Source of the DNA: Octopus vulgaris
Lineage: Eukaryota
NCBI GenBank assembly: GCA_951406725.2
Contig: OX597814.1
Span: forward strand, 181,350,001 to 181,414,000
Direction: 5' to 3'
Length of the DNA: 64,000 nucleotides
The notes beneath the pieces were generated by a model that worked only from the letters and a program-made list of their open reading frames with translations, ran no database searches and was not told the DNA's origin. The stretch's first letter is position 1. Each line of letters begins with the position of its first letter. The position numbers were made by a program, and so were the translations under genes. Shown here one piece after another: positions 36,361 through 47,345 of this stretch.

Positions 36361-39300
36361 AAAAAATAAAATACAAAATTTTGTCCTTTCAAGAGAGTTA
36401 AAAATGTAACAATTTTTTTTGAAAAATTAACAAAGCATTTAGCACGGCATTTTTAGGAAATGTACTTGAAGAAGCTAATACTGATTAATATGAGCAGCAT
36501 TATTTGGTTTTTTTTTGTTTTTGTTTTTTTTTTACATTTGCTTTTTCATTCTAGAATAAGCTAACCATTTCTGAAAATTGAAACCTTTCATAAATTTGGA
36601 GACACTATAATTTTGCATCTATAAGCACACATTTGAAAACTAATATTTGTTTTGAGATCATTTGAGACAATAACAGAAATTCACTGAATGTTTCTGAATC
36701 CATTGCTAAGCCAGTGGTAATTTAAACAGTCAACCATTTGGTTTATTTATTAGTCCAGTAACTTAACTATTTAACTAGTCTATCTTGTGTATGAAGACTC
36801 TTGAAGGTGATGTGTGATAACTAATCAGTTGTTTGAACTTGTCAACCTGTATATAACATTATTTTTTCAAATACAAAATTGTATATTATATTGCATAATA
36901 ATGATAAAAAATAAAACTAACATTGAAATTTGTAAAGAAAGTAGATGTAATTTAAGTTTTAATGAGGAAAAAATTGAGAATTTGATATTGACTAGTAGCA
37001 TATTTAATTTGATTTTGAATATTATATCAAGCAGTATCATTGTATTGCTTTTATACTGATCTTTTGTTTGTCTTTCCCACACGTGCATGCACATATACAA
37101 ATACAACTTATAAAATATAATCTGACAATTATATTTTATAATTAGAATAAATGAAATAAAGAAAATTCAGTAATTATTACATTCATTGTAATTAATATAA
37201 AGCAGATTTTTATAAGATTTAAATTCAAGTTTCTTTTAAATTATATGTCCAAATGTGCCATTGTCATTTTCTTTTTAACACAAGTTCTGAATTTTTTATG
37301 ATAATGTCTAGTAAAAAGCTTTTTTTTACCATATTTGGTAAATATAACTTATAGTAATCATCATCGTTTAATGTCTGCTTTCTATGCTGGTTTGGGTTGG
37401 ACGGTTTGACTTAGGACTGGCAAGCCAAGAGGCTGTACCAGGCTCCAATCTGATCTGGCAAGGTTTCTACAGCTGGATATATCTTTAATACAACATAATA
37501 GTTTTATGTATGTTGTGAAAAATCTAATAAAGAGTTATTTATATTTAAACTGTAACTATAGTTTACATTGCACTGTGAATAATGAACTTACAAAAATATG
37601 AAATTTCATGAAAATTGACCCTTTGTAGGCATTGATTGTCTAAGGTAAAAATGTCATTTTTATATAGCTACCTTAATGATTAAGGGTTAGAAACATTAGC
37701 ATGAATACAAGCCATTTACAAGCTTTACAACTTCTGGCAATGCTCTTTTTGTATTATAATAGATACTATTGGGAGCCCATCCTAAAATAGTTTGAGTTAT
37801 TATCAGGATCTAAGCTATAATAAAGCTGTTGTAAAAAATTGTTTTGACAGTGTTGCACATGCAAAACTAGCTTGCGCTAAGATAAAACTCCAGTTGCTGC
37901 TATAAGTTAGCTAATTTTGGAATGTTTTAAATAAACAAATCTCAATGAGAAGGGAAAATAGCATATCTTTAATCTAAAAATAAGTATTAAAAAAAAGGAA
38001 AAGAAAATATTTACTATAGCTTCACATAAATTTGTTAATTAATTCTGTTTAATGTTCAGACAATTTTATATGTGCAAGATCTAATTTAACAGTTTTATTG
38101 TATTATGTTTGTGTAAAGTAGTGTGGGATTATAATTATTTACTAAAAGTATGACTGCGTTTCTTATCCGGTCTATTTCATTAGACATATTTGGAGTATCT
38201 CAAATTTATCTTCATACAAGCTTCTGTTTGATATATAATTCCAATACTATTTTCTCATTAACAATGTGTGAAAAATTCTGCATCTTTTTCCAGGTTACTA
38301 TTGACAGTTATATATCTATTCCTTCTATTATAAAACTTGCAGGTCACTTTCTTTTGTAACTAGGCAGGGGAATATTTGATTGCAATTCTTTAGGTTCCAT
38401 TTCACTGTTTTTTGTTTATATCTTCAATAATTTCAAAATTGATTTCACAGCAATTTTTAGAATTTTATTTTCAAATAGTGATATACTATTACTGGTTTAA
38501 CTAAAAGATTTTTTTGATGTGTTTTTGGAGTGAAAAAATATTATAAAACCTTTTTGTAAGCTATTCGAAAGAGTGAGTTGGGTAATAATGGGATACAGTG
38601 GATTATAATTCCTAAGACAAGGCTAGAAACTGCTGAGAAGCAACTATAATTTTAAATTCTTTAGAAAAGAGACAAGGTTAGTATAGCTCAGAGTGGACGA
38701 AAGGCTACAGGTTATGAGTACTAGCAGATTTGCTCTTAAAGCATATCACTTTGTATTTTCTTACCCAATTGAAAATATAAATGGATATATGTCATTCTGC
38801 TAATAAGGGCAAAAGTCTGTGAATTTTTTTTTTCAAGAGTTTCATTTAACATACATAGAAAATATTATGATGGAATAATGTTGAAATATTTCAACTTGCC
38901 ATTAATAGAGGAAGCACAATTGGGAAGAAAACACAATAGCTACTGTCAACTTTGTGATAGGCATGACAATTGCCTATCACATTTGATAACCATCAAACTC
39001 AACAATTCTGATGTCGTTTATTTTGTTACATCACACAATTAGTGGTTCAGTACATTTTTTGGTAGCTATCTCACATATAGTAGACATCTTCCTCTGACTT
39101 AAACTTCAGCCATTTCACAAAATTCTATAACCTGTTAGTTTATATTTTAATTATATGTAATTTTAGGGAACAACTAACTTTTAAACATAGATCATCTAAT
39201 TGTAAACAGAAAAATTTAATAAAATAGAAAACAAATGAGAAACCCCTAGACTGTTCCACTCTATTTATATCTAACAACAGCATAACTTTTCTGAACATTT

Positions 39301-40365
39301 TTCCTGATGTAATTAGAGAAAAAGGGGTATGTTGCTGTGACAGTTAGAAGGATAAAGTACAATGATAGATGGTTGACTGGGTGAATGTTTTATACTGAGA
39401 ATGGCAATTCTTCTCCAAGTACAGGAAGATGTCATTAACAAGTGACAAAGAGGCACTCAAGTTACACAAGAAGTCTTTTGTGTCTGTATGTCTGTCTGCA
39501 TGAGTGTGCATACAGATGTCCGTCAGATTAGTGATGTCATGAGATGTGTATGGTTTTAGTCTTTATAAATTGATAATTATGTGTTTAAGTTATATATTGT
39601 GGGGTTTCCTGTTCACAGTTCTATAAGGATGTCTTCATTAACTTTAAATAAGTAGATGAAGCTCTTTTTTAAAAAAAAACAACACACATTTAAAATTGTT
39701 TTATCTATGAAGGAAGGGTGCTATCAGTAGCATAGCTTATGTGATCTTTGTCATTGTGGCTTAGCTCCAAGCCAGCTCTAACTGAGTAGATCTATGATGG
39801 CAGGCAATTCAGCTATCACCATACTGGTTTCTATGTTGTCTTTCTATATTTAGGCAGTAATATGTGATTTGAAAAAAAAATTGGCTGCTATTTCTAGTTG
39901 ATCAAGCAACCAAAGAGAAACTCCTTCATTAGCTCATAGAGGCCTTTGGAAATCAAAAAAATGTAGGGAATGGATATAATCCTTTTTTTTTTAAATTTAT
40001 TTTTAGTAAGAGCAGGACAGTGTCCATTTCATTTGTACACTCTTCTACATGAATGAAACAGTGACATAGTGGATTAAATGTAAAGGAATTTAGTGGAAGT
40101 AATGACTATTAGTAGTACAAGAAACAGTGAGAGAATGTTGGTCAGTGAGCATTTGCTTATCAAGAATAGATGGTTGCACTTTTAAATGTAGATTGTCATG
40201 CTTATATGCAATGTGGAATGTAAATAATATGCAATTCTTACTCCAAAGTAAAATAAACTTGTACTTTGTATTAGTTTACTATTAGTTTAAAGCTGTAGAA
40301 TTTTTCCTAAAGGAAACCAAGTTCTTGTGATATACTTATCAGAAATTGTAAAGTCTAGCATTTAA

Positions 40366-40578
40366 CTCTTTAACATTTAAACCAGCCATATCCAGCCCAG
40401 ATATTCTCCATGTTTTATGTTCAAACTGACCAAATTCATCCTTTTACACTTACCATATAATGTCATTCTAAAAATCACATAACTGAAATTTATAGCCAGC
40501 GAGATAATGCATGATGAATTCAAAACAATTTGAATAAATAAACATTATGCTCGACAGAATAATCTGGGTGATGAAGGG
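40366..40578. mobile_element. piggyBac-type MITE, older copy
   Basis: ttaa|ctctttaacatttaaaccagccatatccagcc ... gaaggg|ttat; collinear with 20886-21106. Confidence 0.8.
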
Positions 40579-43094
40579 TTATAAGGAATAGGATGGCTAC
40601 AGCTCAGCATAATTGAAGGAAAACATGGGAGAGAAAATAATTTCATATGCAATAGTCTTTAGATTCTTTCTTTGAATTAAAAAAGATCACTTAAGGAATA
40701 AACTGAGTTAAGATGTAAATACTAATGTTGGGTAGCCTTGTATCTTTGTTACAAGATACCTGGGCTTGTTCTTACATCACACACACTAGCCTCTCAACAC
40801 CTGGCATAGAATCATTGCCCTTCCTCCCTCTTTCAAATACTAACCTTCCCAACCCCCATTTAGTTTTGGGAGCTTTTTCCTTTCTCTCTCTCCCCATCCC
40901 TTGTTCTTTATTGTTCTCGCAAGTTACTTGGCAACCTTGCTAGTGCCAGTGACATGAAAAATGACCTAGTACATTCTGTAAAGTGGTTGCCAAAGCTGAC
41001 ACTGGAGTCCAACTTGGCCCTACAGCTCACCCGAGCCTGTCAAACTATGCAACCTCTGCCAGCATGGAAAATGGACATTAAATGTTGAGTATGATGTTGT
41101 ATTTAAATATGAGCACATATGAAATGAGAAGTGGTAAATAAGTGCTATAATGATCTCATTGTGTAATTCTTGATAGAAGTTTCCATGTATTACAAAAGAT
41201 CCCTACTTTCTAACATCCATAGGTCTTGGCCCTAATATTTTATGGAGACCATTTATCTCTTCAGGTAACTGTAGGCTCATTTCATTTTAATAACATTTGA
41301 TACAAAATTTAACTATTATTTACTCCTGTCTTATAATGAGGAGTTGCTCTGAGGATGAATAAAAGTGGGCAGAAAATTACCATGTTCAATAAAACTTCTT
41401 AAAACTTGTCCAACACTGTGGTAGACAAAGAAGAATTATATTGAAGCAAACTCTAATCTGTCTTTGAATTAATAAAGTTGTAATAGGGGAGGGCAAAGAA
41501 TTTCACTAATGTTTGAGGTGAGGAGCTGGGATTTGCCAATTTAAAACTGCTAGTCTTCTCCACAGTTTTGATGGTTGAAAATAAAATATTGTATTTTATA
41601 AGTTAGAAATTAAAACAACCCACAGTGTTAGTGCATTGATTAATTTTGTGCACTTATGTTCACCAGGAATCAATCTGTTTCACTTCATAATGGAATGGGA
41701 ATGTACCAGGGATAGTATCTAGCAATAGAATACCTGCTTTATTCTAAAAGCAAGTATCAGTGTAGTTGTCTGAAAGGAACTCAGGCAAACATGACAGAAT
41801 ATAAGTAAAGCCCAGGATTATGTGATCTAATGCTCAAGAATGTTGGACAATGAAATATTAGTCAGTTGACTATTTTCTCAAATGGAAATACTGTAAACAG
41901 TGCATTGTTAACACACATTGTATAAATGAACATGAGTAGCTTTCTTAGTTAAATATCTACAATTGAAAAGGATTCTATCAGTAATGTATGCTAGTTAAAT
42001 TCTCTCCTCTCTCTTTCTTTCTCTCTCTCTCTCTCTTTCTTTCTTTTGACCTTTAATTCCTTTGTGCAAAGAGGAAATGGCATCTTAGTAAATCTTAATT
42101 GCACTCTCATATCTACAACTGAAGAAACACTGATCTAAGTATATTAAAATAAATAAAAGGAAGTAGTAGTCATCTCCAAGGCACTGCCAACTACTTTCAC
42201 TGAGAACTTCCTTCTCTTAGCAAATGCACCAACATTATCAACAGTTTGGAAAATACCATCATTGATACTTTGGGAACTACTATCACCATCCTCATCATCA
42301 TCATCATCACTATAAGCTGTCACAAGGAAGTTTTAGCATTGTCATTTGACATGCTGGAAATAGCAACCTATCTTCCTTCATAAAAAAAGAAAGGGCATAT
42401 TGGATAATGTAATGAGGTGGTTATGACTGAGATACTTTTGGTCATAGTTCTGCTTGATCCAAGTTAGAGTTAAGTAACAAAAAAGCATCACAACATCATA
42501 GTGCAGTTGCAATAAGTTTTAATTATTTAATGTTTACAAGGAAATGTGAAAACGGGTTTTTAAAAGCCTGGAAAATACTAATTGCCAATCATTAAATTTT
42601 GTCTGAAAACACAAGATCATTGGGTAAACCAAAGAACTGTTCCTCTTCTCCATTTAATTTCTGTTAGCTGTTTCTCAATGCAATAAATTGTCTCCCCACG
42701 CTTCTTTAACTTCAATTTCCAGACTGGCTGTACATTGTGTTCTTGAGCAAAACACTTTATTTCATGTTACTCCAGTCCACTCAGCTAGAAATAGGTAAGT
42801 TTGGGAGGGATTGGCATACAAGGGTGAGATGATAACTTTGGAAAATCACCTAAATGAGGTCTTGTGAGCCACATTTTGTATTCAGTGAGTAAAAGAATGA
42901 ATAGTACAACCTGTACTGTGAATCAGACTGGTTGGGACTGATTATTCAACTTCGTCAAAGGTCAATCAGTCAGTCAGTTAATCAAATCTTCATCTATTAA
43001 TTTTCATATCTTCCAATCCTTTAATGCTCTCAAATCTACAGAATTTTATTTTTATTCATGTATTTACTTTGTCTAGAGGAGAAACAAACACACA

Positions 43095-43270
43095 CACACA
43101 CACTTACATAGAGGCTTCTTTCAGTTTCCATCTACAAAATCCACTTGCAAGATTTTGGTCAACCCAGGGCTATAGCAGAAGATGCTTACCTAGGCTGCAA
43201 CACAGCAGGATTGGACTCGAAACCTTGTAGTTGAGAAGCAAACTTCTTAACCACATAACTACATCTGCAC
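43095..43270 (-). mobile_element. SINE family A 5' half, inverted
   Basis: ggcttctttcagtttccatctacaaaatccacttgcaag...aaccacataactacatctgcac is the reverse complement of the family A head. Confidence 0.8.
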
Positions 43271-43342
43271 TTTTGTATGTATGCATACATACATAAATAT
43301 ATATACATACGCACACAAACAAACATATATATACATGTATGC

Positions 43343-44120
43343 CAGTGGCATATGGTGGTTGTTATCATTGGGTGTGCTGCCACACTGACCATACTATGAC
43401 TAACATTAGTATTACTTAAATTAGACATACAAACTGTGTATTTCTATTCAAAATGCAGGATCCAAAATGTAAATAATGTAAACTTAATTCAATTGGGATA
43501 CAGATATATGGCACTAAAGTAAACTGAATTAATAATACCCTATAAATTGTAAGCATCCTAAAATAAGCCATAATTTTCTTAGGCGCACATACTGAAAAAT
43601 AAGAAACCATATAATTTTACTTACTTAAATTACTTATATGTAAGTTCTGTTCTTCTTCAAGGTGTAAAATGTTCAATAACCTCATTGTACAATGAACCAT
43701 TTTGATCTTAATTTGTTTTCACAACTAATAATAATGTTATGTGATGATATTGTAAGAAAAAATTATTGCAAAAAAATGTTAGTTTTAGTTTAGGAATTTA
43801 AAATTAATTTAAGCATACAACTCACCACAAAAACAAACGTGGCCGTACAGTCAAAGCTGTTGCAGACTCATTGCCTTTAATTTGTTGCCATTCTCCCATT
43901 ATCCTACAATACGCCCGGTACCATATTATGATACAATGTTCTGTGAGGTGTGCAGTGTTATTTCAGGACACCCACCAACAAATTTCAAGCTGGGGTATAA
44001 CAAAAGTTTTCCATTGTGATTTGTAATTGAATTAATGAATAAGGTTAATATTTACAATGAATTTGCTATTTTCAGTGGGTGTGCAATGTACATGTAGCAC
44101 ACCCAAAGTATACACCCCTG
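43343..44120 (-). mobile_element. Decayed hAT-superfamily DNA transposon with an 8-bp TSD
   Basis: Imperfect TIRs CAGTGGCATA / TACACCCCTG, flanked on both sides by ATGTATGC (43335-43342 and 44121-44128). Subterminal gggtgtgc motifs occur at both ends, with a faint minus-strand resemblance to the hAT dimerisation region (TALTV...LKL) near 43800-43860. Confidence 0.75.
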
Positions 44121-44129
44121 ATGTATGCA

Positions 44130-44162
44130 TATACACACACATACACACGCATATAGATGTAT

Positions 44163-44225
<63 letters not shown>

Positions 44226-44226
44226 C
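44130..44226. repeat. (CA)n microsatellite
   Basis: Read directly from the sequence. Confidence 0.95.
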
Positions 44227-44564
44227 AGTATAGGAGAATGTAGGGTGAAATTATTTACTTATAGCATCTTTATATGTGATTCAATAACAATTACAGTTGT
44301 CACATGTAAAGGCACTATAAATAAATAACTTCAGCCTGTATACTCTGACAATTACAGTCAGCAAAGTTGTAACATGGAGCCATGCTACAAGTATGGTACC
44401 ATAATTCCATGTTCTTCCCAGAACATAATGAAATATATGGAGCGCTAGCTGATGGACAGGTGACACAACTTGTCCCAAATCCCATTTAGGGGCAATGGAC
44501 ATTAGTGTTTTATCATTTTTGTTGTTTATCAACATCAATTTATATATATATATATATGTGTGTG

Positions 44565-44812
44565 TATTAAGACTACCATTGGTTTTGATGTTAAGAAGAT
44601 TATCTCAACAATTTTTCAAGCCATCACATGGGGGAATGGTGTTTGTCTCCATAACAGAGATGAACACCATTCCTCCATGTGATCAGCTTGAAATATTGTT
44701 ATGATATTAAGATATTTTTCTTAACATGAAAACAATGGTAACTTTAATAAACAAATAAAGAAATTTTATCCACCAATGTAGTGTTGAGCACTCATTCTCA
44801 TTGTTCAACATT
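44565..44812. mobile_element. Palindromic Penelope-like derivative with a degenerate hammerhead-like motif
   Basis: Arms 44565-44649 and 44657-44749 enclose the loop cataaca. There is a one-sided tail to 44812 and flanking (TA/TG)n and (CA)n. The terminus is shared with 46255-46297. Confidence 0.6.
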
Positions 44813-45224
44813 TACACACACACGCACACATATAATAAATCATCATCTACATACTAAATAATGAGAATCAAAACAGTTGATTTGCGTACTTGTTCATAAT
44901 ATATTCTGGCAGATTCAAATGTGAATATGCTAGTCAACATGTTAGGTGTGTATGTGTGCGTACTTATACGTATATATATATATACACATGTAAATATGTA
45001 TGTATGTATATGCTCAGTAGCTAACAAAACAGAAATTAAATGTAGCTACCAAACCAAATTTAGATCAGATCTGCCTTAAAAAATGAAAGTACAGTTGGAT
45101 AATGTAGTTCTAGGTTATAACTGTAATGTTGGTCATAAGTTTAGTCAATCAGAGCTGACTTGTAGCTAAACAACTGTAAGAGCTAACTTGCTGGAATGTC
45201 TATGAACACCATGGGAACATGCTA

Positions 45225-45470
45225 TTCATGTCCATGAGGAAACTGGCTGTTGTATTTAATATTAGCAAAGCCTGTTACTAAGTATGATATGTAAACCTTG
45301 GAGCCAAATGTGTTTTTGAATTAATAAATTAATTATCTGGATCTAAAACTTTCACACTGATCAATGTTTTCAAGGGCCTGTCATCTTCCTAAAATTAGTT
45401 ATCTCATATCAATCCTCACTAATCCTATTACAGACTATGTAAATAACTTGACTTTATATCCTTCTTTTTA
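45225..45470 (+). mobile_element. Very old LINE reverse-transcriptase relic
   Basis: gctgttgtatttaatattagcaaagcc (AVVFNISKA, like DISKAFD), caagggcctgtcatc (like QGSVI) and tatgtaaataacttgact (like YADDST) occur in the expected order. Confidence 0.4.
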
Positions 45471-46561
45471 CATCCCACTTCTAAGTCCTGTTCACTTCCA
45501 AATTTCAAACTTTGTCAAATACACATCAAGATGACTGTTTTTCCTTTTTTTCAAAACTAAAAAGTTTTATCTATGAACAACTATAATACTCCTCAATTCC
45601 CAAGTATGTTCATTTGCAGAGCACTGTCTCTCTTATAGCTTTGCACAAGGCTTTTTATCATTGGCTATTCCTCTCTTTAACTGAACCACTTTTAATTCAC
45701 TTTGGTAAGAGGATCTCCAGGGACACTAGATGATCTCCATTTTCTTTAGTCAAGGAAAATGAGGGAAAAAAATCTTATTTTTATTTTATGATTTCCCTTT
45801 TAGTTGCAATCATATTTTTTCTGCTTCTGTGTTTAGTTTGGTCTGGGTTAGAGGTTTTATTTCTTTAAGGGCATCTTATAATGACACAGTTTAGCATAGT
45901 CTACAATAACATATGGCTTAATCAAATCTTAAAGATGAATTTATTGTTGATCTCTTTTGTGTTGCACCAAATTTCTATTGTACACTATAAATATGCTTCT
46001 TATGAATCACTTGCAACCTTGATTTTTATCCATAATATTAATCATTTCACTTCTTTTATGTCACAATTTATACACAATTTTTATACACAATACACAATTT
46101 GTACACAATTTTATTTTACTCACTCATAAATCGAAGCTTATGTAAAAAAAAAAATTTGTTGCTTCCATTTAGGTATCAAGATTTAACAGCATTTGCAATT
46201 TAATTTTTCATTTCTCCATGGGAGATATATATATATATATATACATATATAACATGAACAGTGAGAATGAGTACTCAATAGTGGATAAATATTTTTTACT
46301 TGTGGATCAAAAGTGTTACCAATGGTTTCATCTGGAAAGAATTTCTACACTTTTCCAAGTGTTCAGTTAAAAATGTTGGTAATTGCCTCCATTTTGGATG
46401 GGACAACTCGAGATTACACAAGATAATTCATGACATCAAAATTAATAGATACACAGATAAACATAAGCAACTTATTTAGAGACTTAATTAACTATTATTG
46501 ATATTGAGCTTTTTGCAAGAATTTGTATTCAACACAGATTAATTGCATTATCCATGTGCAC

Positions 46562-46604
<43 letters not shown>

Positions 46605-46606
<2 letters not shown>

Positions 46607-47050
46607 GGAAATGAAGAAAATGCTGACAAAATAATTTAAGTAAGGGAGAGTGTATTTAATTAGGTGAAAGTTCTTTTTACCGGTTGCGCATTTGTTATGC
46701 TTATCAAAAGATATTTTTTTAAGAGAGATAGAGTTCCTTTCTGATAGATTTTTTTTTCTCTTATCTGACTTTATGTTGGGTTTGCTGTCTCTTATGAGAC
46801 TTTATGTTGGGTTTGCTGTCATAAGAGACAGAAAACCCAACATAAAGTCAGATAAGAGGAAAAAAATCTATCAGAAAGGAACTCTATCTCTCTTAAAAAA
46901 ATATCTTTTGATAAGCATAACAAATGCGCAACCGGTAAAAAGAACTTTCACCTAATTAAATACACTCTCCCTTACTTAAATTATTTTGTCAGCATTTTCT
47001 TCATTTCCTTTTTTTATATATCACAACTCGTGTTCCACATCTCCTTTTTA
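46605..47050. mobile_element. Young near-perfect palindrome (~192-bp arms), Penelope-like derivative inserted in (TA)n
   Basis: 46605-46797 and 46819-47010 are reverse complements with about 3 differences by eye. There is a one-sided tail to ~47050 and (TA)n on both flanks. Confidence 0.8.
46904..46943 (+). ncRNA. Variant minimal type I hammerhead-ribozyme-like motif (mirror copy on the minus strand at ~46668-46710)
   Basis: tctt-TTGATAA-GCAT aacaa ATGC-GCAA-CCGG-TA-aaaaga has hammerhead topology with a U3-A8 core, a 4-bp helix II and a palindromic CCGG loop III. A13 is C. Confidence 0.5.
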
Positions 47051-47075
47051 AATATATATATATATATATTCTAAA

Positions 47076-47345
47076 TGTACAGTATTATATATCCATTCAC
47101 CCAATCTTTCTTACCAGTTGGTTTCACACTAGGAGTTCAATGAGGTGTTAGGTGACAGCCTGATTATGTGACCCTGCACTGCTATATTTCATTTCATAAC
47201 TGCCATCTCTGAAGAGTGCAGTGTTACTTAACACTCCATTGAACCCCTAGTGTGAAACTGGTAAAATTGGCTGTAATGGATATATAATACTGTACACTTT
47301 GATCAGTATACCCACTCTATTGACAAATATATGAGTGCATATTTT
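47076..47345. mobile_element. Palindromic Penelope-like derivative with a canonical hammerhead core
   Basis: Pairing arms tgtacagtattatatatccatt / aatggatatataatactgtaca and gtttcacactagg.gttcaatg / cattgaac.cctagtgtgaaac; adjacent to (TA)n. Confidence 0.7.
47202..47271 (+). ncRNA. Decayed minimal hammerhead ribozyme
   Basis: gccatct-CTGAAGA-gtgcag...ctagtgt-GAAA-CTGG-TA-aaattggc has both core boxes intact; helix II and loop III look CpG-decayed. Confidence 0.55.

Noticed and set aside
27941-38981. Small hairpins at ~27941-27966, ~30657-30685 and ~38953-38981 as possible pre-miRNAs or terminators
   Set aside because: The stems are only about 10-13 bp, too short for pre-miRNAs, and are common in AT-rich DNA.
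46692-46955. 87-aa ORF spanning the palindrome centre (IRDRKPNIKS faintly like a GIY-YIG C-terminus)
   Set aside because: It crosses the inversion axis, so half of it is antisense to the other half, and there is no recognisable catalytic motif.
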